Part shown: one piece after another, positions 7,779 through 14,776 of the stretch
Layout of the letters: each line of letters starts with the position of its first letter
Position numbering within the stretch: position 1 is the stretch's first letter
Virus record (IMG/VR): IMGVR_UViG_3300030044_000019
Span: 51,650-71,649 of that record
Source of the DNA: an uncultured virus (IMG/VR IMGVR_UViG_3300030044_000019)
Lineage: Duplodnaviria; Heunggongvirae; Uroviricota; Caudoviricetes
DNA length: 20,000 nucleotides
Strand: one strand, 5' to 3'
Made by a program: the position numbers and the translations under genes
The notes under the pieces: model-generated
Told to the model about the DNA's origin: nothing
Seen by the model: the letters and a program-made list of their open reading frames with translations, nothing else
The model's database searches: none

Positions 7779-7827
7779 GAAATTCACTTTTAGTAATCAT
7801 TGAAGACATGTGTCAAAATTGACCTAT
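7779..7827 (-). repeat. 49-bp bipartite element, copy B7
   Basis: GAAATTCACTTTTAG...TGTCAAAATTGACCTAT, followed by ATCCC. Confidence 0.8.
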
Positions 7828-7982
7828 ATCCCACTTAGTTCGTCTTTAAATACCCATGTACAGATATAGGACCACGTACACCATTCGATTAGAATCATTC
7901 CAGTATCTGAATGCCGCCGAACTTTGCCGCGTTTCAAATAGGCCGGATGGCTGCGGTCGATGCATACTATATATTTACGCAT
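7824..7982 (-). CDS. small hypothetical protein (52 aa, MRKYIVCIDRSHPAY...)
   Basis: Read by hand; GGAG SD; fills the gap; below the ORF-track cutoff. Confidence 0.65.
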   Translation of the reverse strand: MRKYIVCIDRSHPAYLKRGKVRRHSDTGMILIEWCTWSYICTWVFKDELSGI

Positions 7983-8229
7983 TTTGATCTCCCTGGACTA
8001 TTTCAAATGACAGGGAATATTTGAAAGGTAGGAATTCGCCGCTAGCCGCTTGATAACTCCCATACAATTCATAGCCGGTGCCTTCCGGATGCATTTCGGC
8101 TTTGTTACACTCCAATAGCTTAGCGCCTAGTAATTGTTGAATTTCAGACCAATTCATTATCTCACCGTCAAATATGCTTTTAGTTCTGTAATCTTTACGT
8201 TCAAGCCAAACTTTATATTGACCATTCAT
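7975..8229 (-). CDS. hypothetical protein
   Basis: 84 aa ORF, AGGAG SD. Confidence 0.75.
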   Translation of the reverse strand: MNGQYKVWLERKDYRTKSIFDGEIMNWSEIQQLLGAKLLECNKAEMHPEGTGYELYGSYQAASGEFLPFKYSLSFEIVQGDQNA

Positions 8230-8231
8230 AT

Positions 8232-8396
8232 TTAACTCCTATCTAACTCAGCGCATGCTAGTCTTATATTATCCGCTTTATCTTTAAAATCTTTACGCTC
8301 CCGGTAATTAGAGCATTCAAAAGCTAATTTTTCAAGATAATCCGCTCTATCCCGAGCCGCTTCCAATACTTCATTTAGAGCATTTTGTTTATTCAT
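8232..8396 (-). CDS. small hypothetical protein (54 aa, MNKQNALNEVLEAARDRADY...)
   Basis: Read by hand; AAGGA SD; fills the gap. Confidence 0.7.
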   Translation of the reverse strand: MNKQNALNEVLEAARDRADYLEKLAFECSNYRERKDFKDKADNIRLACAELDRS

Positions 8397-8405
8397 ATTA
8401 ATCCT

Positions 8406-8999
8406 TTACAGTTTTTTAAGAGCTTTTGCAATAGCCTTTACAAGCTTTTGTTTCAATTCACTTTTGGTTTTGAACTTGATTTCTTGCTCCAAATCAGTTT
8501 TGTTACTCCAACGAAAATAGGGCGCGTCGTTGTCCCATCCCGAGTGTACCAGTAGCACGCCATTCCCTTCATACATAAGCCGAATTCTAAAAGCTTGACC
8601 ACAATAGTCGTTATTGAGAGTGTTGTCTAGGGCTTCGTAAAGATCATTTAAATGACTTTCATTGTTAGGATCTAATTCAGGGTTATCAGCAAGTGTATCC
8701 TTCCAAATACTTTCATATTCTTCTTCAATTCTATTCTCAATGCTAGTGCTTGTATGTTCTCCGGAACCATGTAAAAACCCTGTAGTCGTAAAGGCTATAA
8801 AGTCGGCACCTCCTCTATTTCGATCATGCGCCCAAAAACCATCTCTTGATTCGAACTCTAGTGGCTCAACTACGGTATTATAAGCGTCAAATGGTATATC
8901 CAAATCCTCCAAACTTTCCAAGAGGATATCCTGATAGCCCTTTGTTACCACGTTGTCATATTCTTTATTAGTTTTAGTCAGTTTAGCTAGCTTGCTCAT
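8406..8999 (-). CDS. hypothetical protein with acidic core
   Basis: 197 aa ORF, AAGGA SD. Confidence 0.8.
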   Translation of the reverse strand: MSKLAKLTKTNKEYDNVVTKGYQDILLESLEDLDIPFDAYNTVVEPLEFESRDGFWAHDRNRGGADFIAFTTTGFLHGSGEHTSTSIENRIEEEYESIWKDTLADNPELDPNNESHLNDLYEALDNTLNNDYCGQAFRIRLMYEGNGVLLVHSGWDNDAPYFRWSNKTDLEQEIKFKTKSELKQKLVKAIAKALKKL

Positions 9000-9011
9000 T
9001 TTTATTTCCTT

Positions 9012-9209
9012 TCAATCATTTACGATTTGAATACGACTATTTAAAATGCTTCCAAGTTCTAATTCTAGTTGTGGCGTTTCAAGTGTGTCATAATAAGCTT
9101 CTTCGGAATCATTGAGTATTTCCTGTAGTTCTTCCTTCGAAAAACTATTGAATTTTTTACTTTCAATGAGCAATTGAATCGCTTTAGAACGACTAATTAA
9201 TTGTGTCAT
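9012..9209 (-). CDS. small acidic hypothetical protein
   Basis: AGGGG SD before ATG 9209. Confidence 0.7.
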   Translation of the reverse strand: MTQLISRSKAIQLLIESKKFNSFSKEELQEILNDSEEAYYDTLETPQLELELGSILNSRIQIVND

Positions 9210-9210
9210 A

Positions 9211-9906
9211 TTAAACCCCTTTCGCGATTGATACAGACATGTACATAGGGAAATTGTTAAGTCCACCATAAGTTTTAAACCAACTAGCGTAGCCTGACAA
9301 CTTGTTTTTTACATAGACAGGGGCTTTTTCATTGAGAGAAAAACTCAAACGTTTATTTTGTTTACACCATGACTGACGATGCCCTTTTTCTCTCAAGTAT
9401 TCTTTAAAAGCAAGAGATTGACCCCTAGCACTACCCTGAGTTACAACTACAGGGATATTCAAATGCTTAACCAAACTAAAGACGCGTGGTTCAGCGCGAC
9501 CAAACATTTCAACACTGTCAAACTCGACACAACTAAACTTATGACCAATTGCAGCTAACCTTTCAACCCCTGCAATTAAATCCCCTTCGATTACTTGACA
9601 CTTGAGACCTTTTAGCTGGACAAAGCGACGCAGTTTAGCCGCAAGTTTAGGGCACCATTCAAATACCACGATATTAGCGTCTTGAAATCCCATTTTGCGA
9701 TAACGGATAATGTGTCTCAATAGACCGCTTGGATGCCCGACCAAAATTGCGCAGTGTGTAGGACTATTTTTATTCAATCGTCTAAGGATTGGTCCGATAA
9801 TTTTGTCTTCATAAGATTCGCTAGTTGTTTTTCCTAGCGAGTTCGTGGACTTGTTAGCAAACGACGATTTATGTGTCTTAGACAGGATATCGAATTTATA
9901 AGCCAT
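9211..9906 (-). CDS. putative class I SAM-dependent methyltransferase-fold protein (divergent)
   Basis: Strand pattern AILVG / IVVFE / QVIEGD / FSCVEFD like Rossmann MTase beta1-beta4; no canonical GxGxG. Confidence 0.5.
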   Translation of the reverse strand: MAYKFDILSKTHKSSFANKSTNSLGKTTSESYEDKIIGPILRRLNKNSPTHCAILVGHPSGLLRHIIRYRKMGFQDANIVVFEWCPKLAAKLRRFVQLKGLKCQVIEGDLIAGVERLAAIGHKFSCVEFDSVEMFGRAEPRVFSLVKHLNIPVVVTQGSARGQSLAFKEYLREKGHRQSWCKQNKRLSFSLNEKAPVYVKNKLSGYASWFKTYGGLNNFPMYMSVSIAKGV

Positions 9907-9948
9907 TGTAAAACTCCTTTGTTATTGTTTCGTTATGCATCTAAGTAA

Positions 9949-9964
9949 TGCATGGGGAATGCCA
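9949..9964 (-). promoter_or_regulatory. sigma-54 promoter P4
   Basis: TGGCATTCCCCATGCA; IHF-like TATTCA-ATAG-TTA 9969-9981; boxes 10009-10023 and 10028-10042. Confidence 0.8.
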
Positions 9965-10044
9965 TAGCTAACTATTGAATATAGTTCAGCATACCATTTT
10001 AGCATGGTGTATAGCGCGTTATCAAATGTATAATGCTTAGTCGA

Positions 10045-10443
10045 TTAGTTCAGTCTATAAATGAAATACTCACCTTGCTCATGTTCTTCGAAGTCGTATT
10101 GACCAATGAAATGCCCGCGTCCATCCGATAATACAGCGTCGTCAACGAAATGGGCTTTGTCATTGAGTAGCTTAAGCAATACAGGGTTAGCATCCTCGCA
10201 AAGCTCTTGTATTTTTTGAATACAACTTTCGTCAAGGTCTGATATATGAGCTTCCAAAAACGATGCGCGGAATGCCCACACAGAGTCAAGGATAGCCTTG
10301 GTTGCATATTCGTCGGCTTCATTGTCTGTTAGGACTAGATATTCTTCGCGTCCATTTTCAAATGCATTATCGTCGTATCTCATGCATTCTACTTCGTTTA
10401 CTTCGCATTCCAAAAACCGTGCCAATGCTTCAAGTTTATTCAT
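10045..10443 (-). CDS. acidic phage protein, DNA-mimic/anti-restriction candidate
   Basis: By hand count about 31 D/E vs 11 K/R in 132 aa; DGRGHF..YD.EE...YFIYR tail. Confidence 0.6.
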   Translation of the reverse strand: MNKLEALARFLECEVNEVECMRYDDNAFENGREEYLVLTDNEADEYATKAILDSVWAFRASFLEAHISDLDESCIQKIQELCEDANPVLLKLLNDKAHFVDDAVLSDGRGHFIGQYDFEEHEQGEYFIYRLN

Positions 10444-10457
10444 ATCAATCCTTTCGA

Positions 10458-10658
10458 TTAAGCAGCCTTCCGATATTCAATGCGTTCAATAGCCACGATT
10501 ACATTGTGAACGTCAAGCGCCGCATATAACCCTAGTAGTCGTTGCAAGGCTTCATTTTTGGCGTCATAATCCCCTAGCTTGACAGCGCTAGCAAGTTCTA
10601 AGCGTACGTTATCAATAGCCTTCAAGACTTCGATTTCATTTGTCAATTTGGTGCCCAT
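10458..10658 (-). CDS. hypothetical protein
   Basis: 66 aa, AGGAG SD, ends KAA. Confidence 0.75.
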   Translation of the reverse strand: MGTKLTNEIEVLKAIDNVRLELASAVKLGDYDAKNEALQRLLGLYAALDVHNVIVAIERIEYRKAA

Positions 10659-10660
10659 AA

Positions 10661-10807
10661 TTATCTCCTACCCAGTATTTGAATGCGTAACGCCGCTTGC
10701 ATAGCTTCTTTCAATGTGGGAATCCAGGTAGTCATTTGAACATAACCGAAATTTGGATAGATCAAAACCCTATAACCCCTACCATCTGGCTCAATTACAG
10801 TCTTCAT
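10661..10807 (-). CDS. small hypothetical protein (48 aa, MKTVIEPDGRGYRVLIYP...)
   Basis: Read by hand; AGGAG SD; first gene after P5. Confidence 0.7.
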   Translation of the reverse strand: MKTVIEPDGRGYRVLIYPNFGYVQMTTWIPTLKEAMQAALRIQILGRR

Positions 10808-10846
10808 ATTCGTTAGCTCCTATTCGTTCGTTATGTAGATAGGTAT

Positions 10847-10862
10847 TGCATAGGGAATGCCA
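10847..10862 (-). promoter_or_regulatory. sigma-54 promoter P5
   Basis: TGGCATTCCCTATGCA; box GTTTAAGTATTAGCC 10915-10929 plus a weaker one at 10934-10948. Confidence 0.8.
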
Positions 10863-10951
10863 AAACACTAACCCGCAGTCATTGGGTTATTTAATAGGTT
10901 AATGAATAGGAGATGTTTAAGTATTAGCCAGTGTGTAGGGCGATATACAAC

Positions 10952-11176
10952 TTATAGCTTTTCTCCAATGATATCAGTAATGAATGAAATCAATTGTGGG
11001 GAATAACCCCTAGCTTCCAAATCGTATTTGATATCCTCAATGACTAGGTTAACTTCTAAGTCATAGGCCAATGAGCTAGGCCTACCCTCGCACCGATAAC
11101 ACCGATCCTTATCAAAGTATCGTGCATAACCATTCATGGCACCATTACATTTAAAGCATGTAAAATTAAATCCCAT
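10952..11176 (-). CDS. small zinc-finger protein (CxxC...CxxC)
   Basis: CFKC...CYRC; AGGGG SD before ATG 11176. Confidence 0.7.
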   Translation of the reverse strand: MGFNFTCFKCNGAMNGYARYFDKDRCYRCEGRPSSLAYDLEVNLVIEDIKYDLEARGYSPQLISFITDIIGEKL

Positions 11177-11209
11177 ACCATAACCCCTTTCAGTGATACA
11201 CAATGTATG

Positions 11210-11755
11210 TCAATCCTTTCGAGTTACAGCTTTGACGCCTATTTTAATCAAGTCTTTATAAGTGGCATACAAGGATATGTTTAAACCCATTTCGACCGCC
11301 TGTTTTTTAGTAACTTTTAACCATTCTTTATGGGTTTTTAGTTGACATCCTATGGATACATTTTGAGGTGTTACGGTTATAGGGTAACTTTCACAATGAA
11401 ATACATAGCAATGCTTCTGTAAAGACACCCGAGCATCCCCAGACACCCATGCATTCCCAGACACCCTTGCATTCCCATACACCTGAGCATTCCCAGACAC
11501 CCGAGCATTCCCATACACCTGAGCATTCCCAGACACCTGAGCATTCCCAGACACCCATGCATTCCCAGACACCCATGCATTCCCAGACACCCATGCATTC
11601 CCAGACACGTCTAGATGTTTTTCACTCTCAATGTATCCGCCTAAAGTACCCGCTATAATCGAGCCGATATTAATTAATGCCTGAATTCTATACAGCGTCC
11701 TACCATCCCAGGATAATTTAGTGTCTTCTTTAATTAACTTATATTTTTTATTCAT
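11210..11755 (-). CDS. hexapeptide-repeat (VSGNAW) beta-helix phage protein
   Basis: KYKL...TLYRIQAL...G.LGGYIE.E..L followed by 10 hexapeptide repeats. Confidence 0.85.
   Translation of the reverse strand: MNKKYKLIKEDTKLSWDGRTLYRIQALINIGSIIAGTLGGYIESEKHLDVSGNAWVSGNAWVSGNAWVSGNAQVSGNAQVYGNARVSGNAQVYGNARVSGNAWVSGDARVSLQKHCYVFHCESYPITVTPQNVSIGCQLKTHKEWLKVTKKQAVEMGLNISLYATYKDLIKIGVKAVTRKD
11423..11608. repeat. 18-bp tandem repeat, about 10 copies (coding)
   Basis: AGACACCYRWGCATTCCC units. Confidence 0.95.
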
Positions 11756-11901
11756 ATAATCCTTTCAATGAAACACAATGCTAGTAAAACCGAATAGATA
11801 TAACTCATGTGGATCGGAGTTACCCGCCAAATAGAATCCAATGCAATTCATATAATCGATTTGGTCACACACTGACTTGAACACGACACACTGCGTAGAA
11901 T

Positions 11902-12054
11902 TTAACACACTAGACTCCCTTCAACAATAGCAACCCCGTCAATTTCGGAACCAATTTGAGCAAGGATATATGCTAGGTCATACTTATGGAATACTCGTTC
12001 AGCTATAGGCCCTTCAATCAAAAAATCATATTCAAATACTGTAATTTTATTCAT
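11902..12054 (-). CDS. small hypothetical protein (50 aa)
   Basis: Read by hand; AAGGA SD. Confidence 0.6.
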   Translation of the reverse strand: MNKITVFEYDFLIEGPIAERVFHKYDLAYILAQIGSEIDGVAIVEGSLVC

Positions 12055-12072
12055 ATAATTATCCTTTTAAGT

Positions 12073-12198
12073 TTAAAGAGCTTCACAATAGTCTACTAAA
12101 TCTAATCCAATTAGATCTAATAGAATATCAATATCTGTAGAATCACAGTATAATTCAAATCTTATACCGGTATATAGTTTTACTTCATAGGTATTCAT
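12073..12198 (-). CDS. small acidic hypothetical protein (41 aa)
   Basis: Read by hand; GAGG SD; ATGA overlap with the upstream ORF. Confidence 0.6.
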   Translation of the reverse strand: MNTYEVKLYTGIRFELYCDSTDIDILLDLIGLDLVDYCEAL

Positions 12199-12314
12199 TG
12201 GAATATCCTCAATACAACCAAGGTAACCGTGATCAATCCTAAATACCACGTAGTTACAAGGCTATCTAGCCTATTCAATTTGGCATCGTTTTTAGTTTCA
12301 AAGTAGACTCTCAT
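12195..12314 (-). CDS. small membrane peptide (39 aa)
   Basis: Read by hand; AAGGA SD; hydrophobic C-terminal half; first gene after P6. Confidence 0.6.
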   Translation of the reverse strand: MRVYFETKNDAKLNRLDSLVTTWYLGLITVTLVVLRIFQ

Positions 12315-12348
12315 ATATTTCCTTTCAATCGGTTATGGTACTACTTAT

Positions 12349-12364
12349 TGCATGTGTTAGGCCA
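12349..12364 (-). promoter_or_regulatory. sigma-54 promoter P6
   Basis: TGGCCTAACACATGCA; boxes GGTTAAGGATTAGAC 12406-12420 and a weaker one at 12425-12439. Confidence 0.75.
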
Positions 12365-12437
12365 AAACGCTAGCCCGAAACTATTGGGTTATTATACTGA
12401 ATAGTGGTTAAGGATTAGACATGTGTATAAGCGATAG

Positions 12438-12824
12438 TTACCTAACAGCTTTCAAAGCCTTAGCCACATACTCCAATAGATAGACTTTGGGCGCAAACCA
12501 ACTAGTTAGAAATGTGTGATAGTTGCATCCAATAGTTAAAAGTACAGGTACAAGCGACACAATCGTCACAATAATAGGCAAAAAATACACGTCGTCATTG
12601 AAATTTAAGCCCCCGTTTTTATTGGGATAAGTTTCGGCCTGTTTAGCTAGCCGCCACACAGATACAACTATCCCAGTTAATAAGAGAGGTATCAACCAAA
12701 GTAAACTTGATTCAATACGCGCCAAAGTAATCAATTGCTTAGCAATATCAGGAGCTTGGGCCAAGACAAAATCCTGAGTGTTATTGAGGATACCGAGTAG
12801 TTTTTTGAGTAGTTCGTCAGTCAT
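12438..12824 (-). CDS. two-helix membrane protein
   Basis: Two hydrophobic segments; DFVL.QAPD...Q and W.APKVYLLEY patterns; AGGAG SD before 12824. Confidence 0.75.
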   Translation of the reverse strand: MTDELLKKLLGILNNTQDFVLAQAPDIAKQLITLARIESSLLWLIPLLLTGIVVSVWRLAKQAETYPNKNGGLNFNDDVYFLPIIVTIVSLVPVLLTIGCNYHTFLTSWFAPKVYLLEYVAKALKAVR

Positions 12825-12840
12825 TTGATTTCTCCTTTGG

Positions 12841-13059
12841 TTACTTAATCCTGTCACACGCCGCTTGCAATTTGAGCATATCCGCTTCCATCTCCCGAGC
12901 CGTCTTCATATCCTCAAAGGTAGCCGCCACTATAGCAGATACCCTAGAATCGCGGTATAGCTTTTCCAATACCCTCCCAGACTCAAAGGTTAGATATACA
13001 CCTCCCATGCGATGCGTATCGGCTCCTAAACGCAATTCGTAGCGTATCACAGTATACAT
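12841..13059 (-). CDS. hypothetical protein
   Basis: 72 aa ORF, GAGG SD. Confidence 0.7.
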   Translation of the reverse strand: MYTVIRYELRLGADTHRMGGVYLTFESGRVLEKLYRDSRVSAIVAATFEDMKTAREMEADMLKLQAACDRIK

Positions 13060-13062
13060 GCT

Positions 13063-13287
13063 TTAACCCTCTTGACTATATCGATCAAATACATGGTTAG
13101 CCGTAGTTATAGAATCGCCTTGATATAGATATTGTTCATTCAGCGCACCAAATGACTCCCTTGACTCAACATGGACCACATAGCGGTTATTGGTATCCAA
13201 GGTCATTCGGTAGCGGTATATCGTGCCATTAACTAGGATAGCTGGACTAGACTTTAAAACAGTATGGCCATTGAGTAATACAGTCAT
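13063..13287 (-). CDS. hypothetical protein
   Basis: GAGG SD before ATG 13287. Confidence 0.7.
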   Translation of the reverse strand: MTVLLNGHTVLKSSPAILVNGTIYRYRMTLDTNNRYVVHVESRESFGALNEQYLYQGDSITTANHVFDRYSQEG

Positions 13288-13297
13288 ATAGTTACCT

Positions 13298-13501
13298 CTA
13301 TTCAATTACAATGCGGGAACCAAAAATCACATATTCCGAGCCACCAAGCGATACAGCCGGTTTTTCAAAATGGGCATGGCAATATCTAATAAATTCATTA
13401 GCTGAATCCAGGTTAGGCATAGAAATTTCGTCGTCTATTGAGATACCCGTCAAAAGGCCTGTAATGAAATACTTAGAGAACTTTACTTTAAATGTGGTCA
13501 T
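13298..13501 (-). CDS. hypothetical protein
   Basis: 67 aa, GAGG SD; first gene after P7. Confidence 0.75.
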   Translation of the reverse strand: MTTFKVKFSKYFITGLLTGISIDDEISMPNLDSANEFIRYCHAHFEKPAVSLGGSEYVIFGSRIVIE

Positions 13502-13527
13502 AATCGTTACCTCTTATCTATATACTT

Positions 13528-13543
13528 AGCAAGTGGTAGGCCA
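13528..13543 (-). promoter_or_regulatory. sigma-54 promoter P7
   Basis: TGGCCTACCACTTGCT; boxes at 13583-13597 (weak) and GTATGATACTTAGGC 13602-13616. Confidence 0.75.
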
Positions 13544-13610
13544 ATGCCAAATAGCGTATATTCGAATTAAGCTCATTTAACTGGCTATTGGTTTAATAGC
13601 CGTATGATAC

Positions 13611-13934
13611 TTAGGCATGTTTAGGGCACCATGTGGAATGGTTCGCAAAACCGTGTTTTTCCATACCGCATTCGCAGACTTTCAGTTTGATCTCAAAGCT
13701 TTTAGTACTGTGATGACCGAAGTCAATCGATATGTAGCCTGGACAATTCAGACCGTTAATTGGAGCTGTATACAATACAAGTTCAGATTCGTCAAAACCA
13801 CTTGACTTTTTTCCATTGGTCCATTTAACACTGTAATAGTAGTTACCTAAATATAAACTTTTGCCTACAATAAAACCAATATCATGTTGCGTAGCTCCAA
13901 CTTTACATACGCAGTCATTCAATTCAAATGCCAT
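13611..13934 (-). CDS. SH3/KOW-like protein with C-terminal CxCG..H..WCP zinc motif
   Basis: F..ND.V...G.I....Y.VKW...ESEL, then CECG...HSTWCPK. Confidence 0.65.
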   Translation of the reverse strand: MAFELNDCVCKVGATQHDIGFIVGKSLYLGNYYYSVKWTNGKKSSGFDESELVLYTAPINGLNCPGYISIDFGHHSTKSFEIKLKVCECGMEKHGFANHSTWCPKHA

Positions 13935-13938
13935 ATAT

Positions 13939-14016
13939 TCATTCCCTTTCTATCCAAGCTATTACAATTACAGGCGAAATTAACAATAGTGTCCAAAACG
14001 ACATATAAATGAGCAT
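13939..14016 (-). CDS. very small hydrophobic peptide (25 aa)
   Basis: Read by hand; AGGGA SD; fills the gap. Confidence 0.4.
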   Translation of the reverse strand: MLIYMSFWTLLLISPVIVIAWIERE

Positions 14017-14019
14017 GAG

Positions 14020-14142
14020 TTATTCCCTTGCCCGCGCGATAACCACTAGATGCGGGTTAAGGCAAGCATTGCAAATACCGTGCTTAAGCCAGTAGGGTTT
14101 AAAATATACGTTACATTTAGAGCAAGCTAGTTTTTTGGTCAT
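14020..14142 (-). CDS. mini zinc-finger protein (40 aa, CSKC...CNAC)
   Basis: Read by hand; AGGAG SD. Confidence 0.65.
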   Translation of the reverse strand: MTKKLACSKCNVYFKPYWLKHGICNACLNPHLVVIARARE

Positions 14143-14143
14143 A

Positions 14144-14296
14144 TTAAAATCTCCTCGTACGCGTGTATAGATATCCAATGCCTAATACGCATCCTATGGT
14201 AACAATGTAACTAGAAGCTTTGACAACGCTATTAGAGCGGGTTGTGTGTGGTTTAGTCCAGAGAGCGAATTTACTAGCTTTAAATAGTTTAATCAT
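14144..14296 (-). CDS. small basic protein (50 aa), probably near-leaderless
   Basis: Read by hand; ATG about 3 nt after the predicted P8 start site; no SD. Confidence 0.55.
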   Translation of the reverse strand: MIKLFKASKFALWTKPHTTRSNSVVKASSYIVTIGCVLGIGYLYTRTRRF

Positions 14297-14309
14297 GGTA
14301 GTAACCTAT

Positions 14310-14325
14310 TGCAGGCATAGTGCCA
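14310..14325 (-). promoter_or_regulatory. sigma-54 promoter P8
   Basis: TGGCACTATGCCTGCA; boxes at 14369-14383 (weak) and GGCTAATACTTAGAC 14388-14402. Confidence 0.8.
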
Positions 14326-14541
14326 AATGAAAAACAATGCGAATTCAAGGTTATCAGTCTAAGCGATTGTATAGTGCGCTAGATACTGGCTAATACTTAG
14401 ACGGTTACATAACGCTGAATGGCCAATAGCGTCGATTAGAGGGGATATGTGAGAGTGAGGGGAAATAAGACAAACCTTATGGAATGCATAAAACAAACAT
14501 TATGGGATAGCTCATTACAGGACTTGAGCGCGTTAGCGGGA

Positions 14542-14579
14542 CTTTACAAGTCTTTACAAGTCTTTACAAGTCTTTACAG
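14542..14579. repeat. 10-bp direct tandem repeat CTTTACAAGT x3.7
   Basis: Seen directly. Confidence 0.95.
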
Positions 14580-14776
14580 GGAGTGAGTTAAATAGCTGAT
14601 ATTATTAGATTATATTGAGTAATGTGTCTAAGGTAGAAGTTTTTGGCTTAAGTGATACTAGAATCTTTATAGCGTAGTGTGTCCAAAATATGCCAAAACG
14701 CTGTGTTAGGTCATAATTCATCTAACCCAGTTTAAAATGCATGTTATGTACCACAAAATTTTATACTCTCACCTTA

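Noticed and set aside
5516..7827. 49-bp elements as a CRISPR array or integron attC sites
   Set aside because: Spacers are whole genes, the repeats are degenerate, there are no RYYYAAC/GTTRRRY ends or long hairpin, and the recombinase is too short for IntI
5927..7827. 49-bp elements as ordinary sigma70 promoters
   Set aside because: TTGACA/TTAACA is present in only four copies, with no consistent -10 at 17 bp; the best-conserved bases lie outside -35/-10. Not fully excluded.
11377..11658. Repetitive ORFs (MHGCLG, MGVWEC, HSQTP)
   Set aside because: Alternative frames of the stop-free 18-bp repeat
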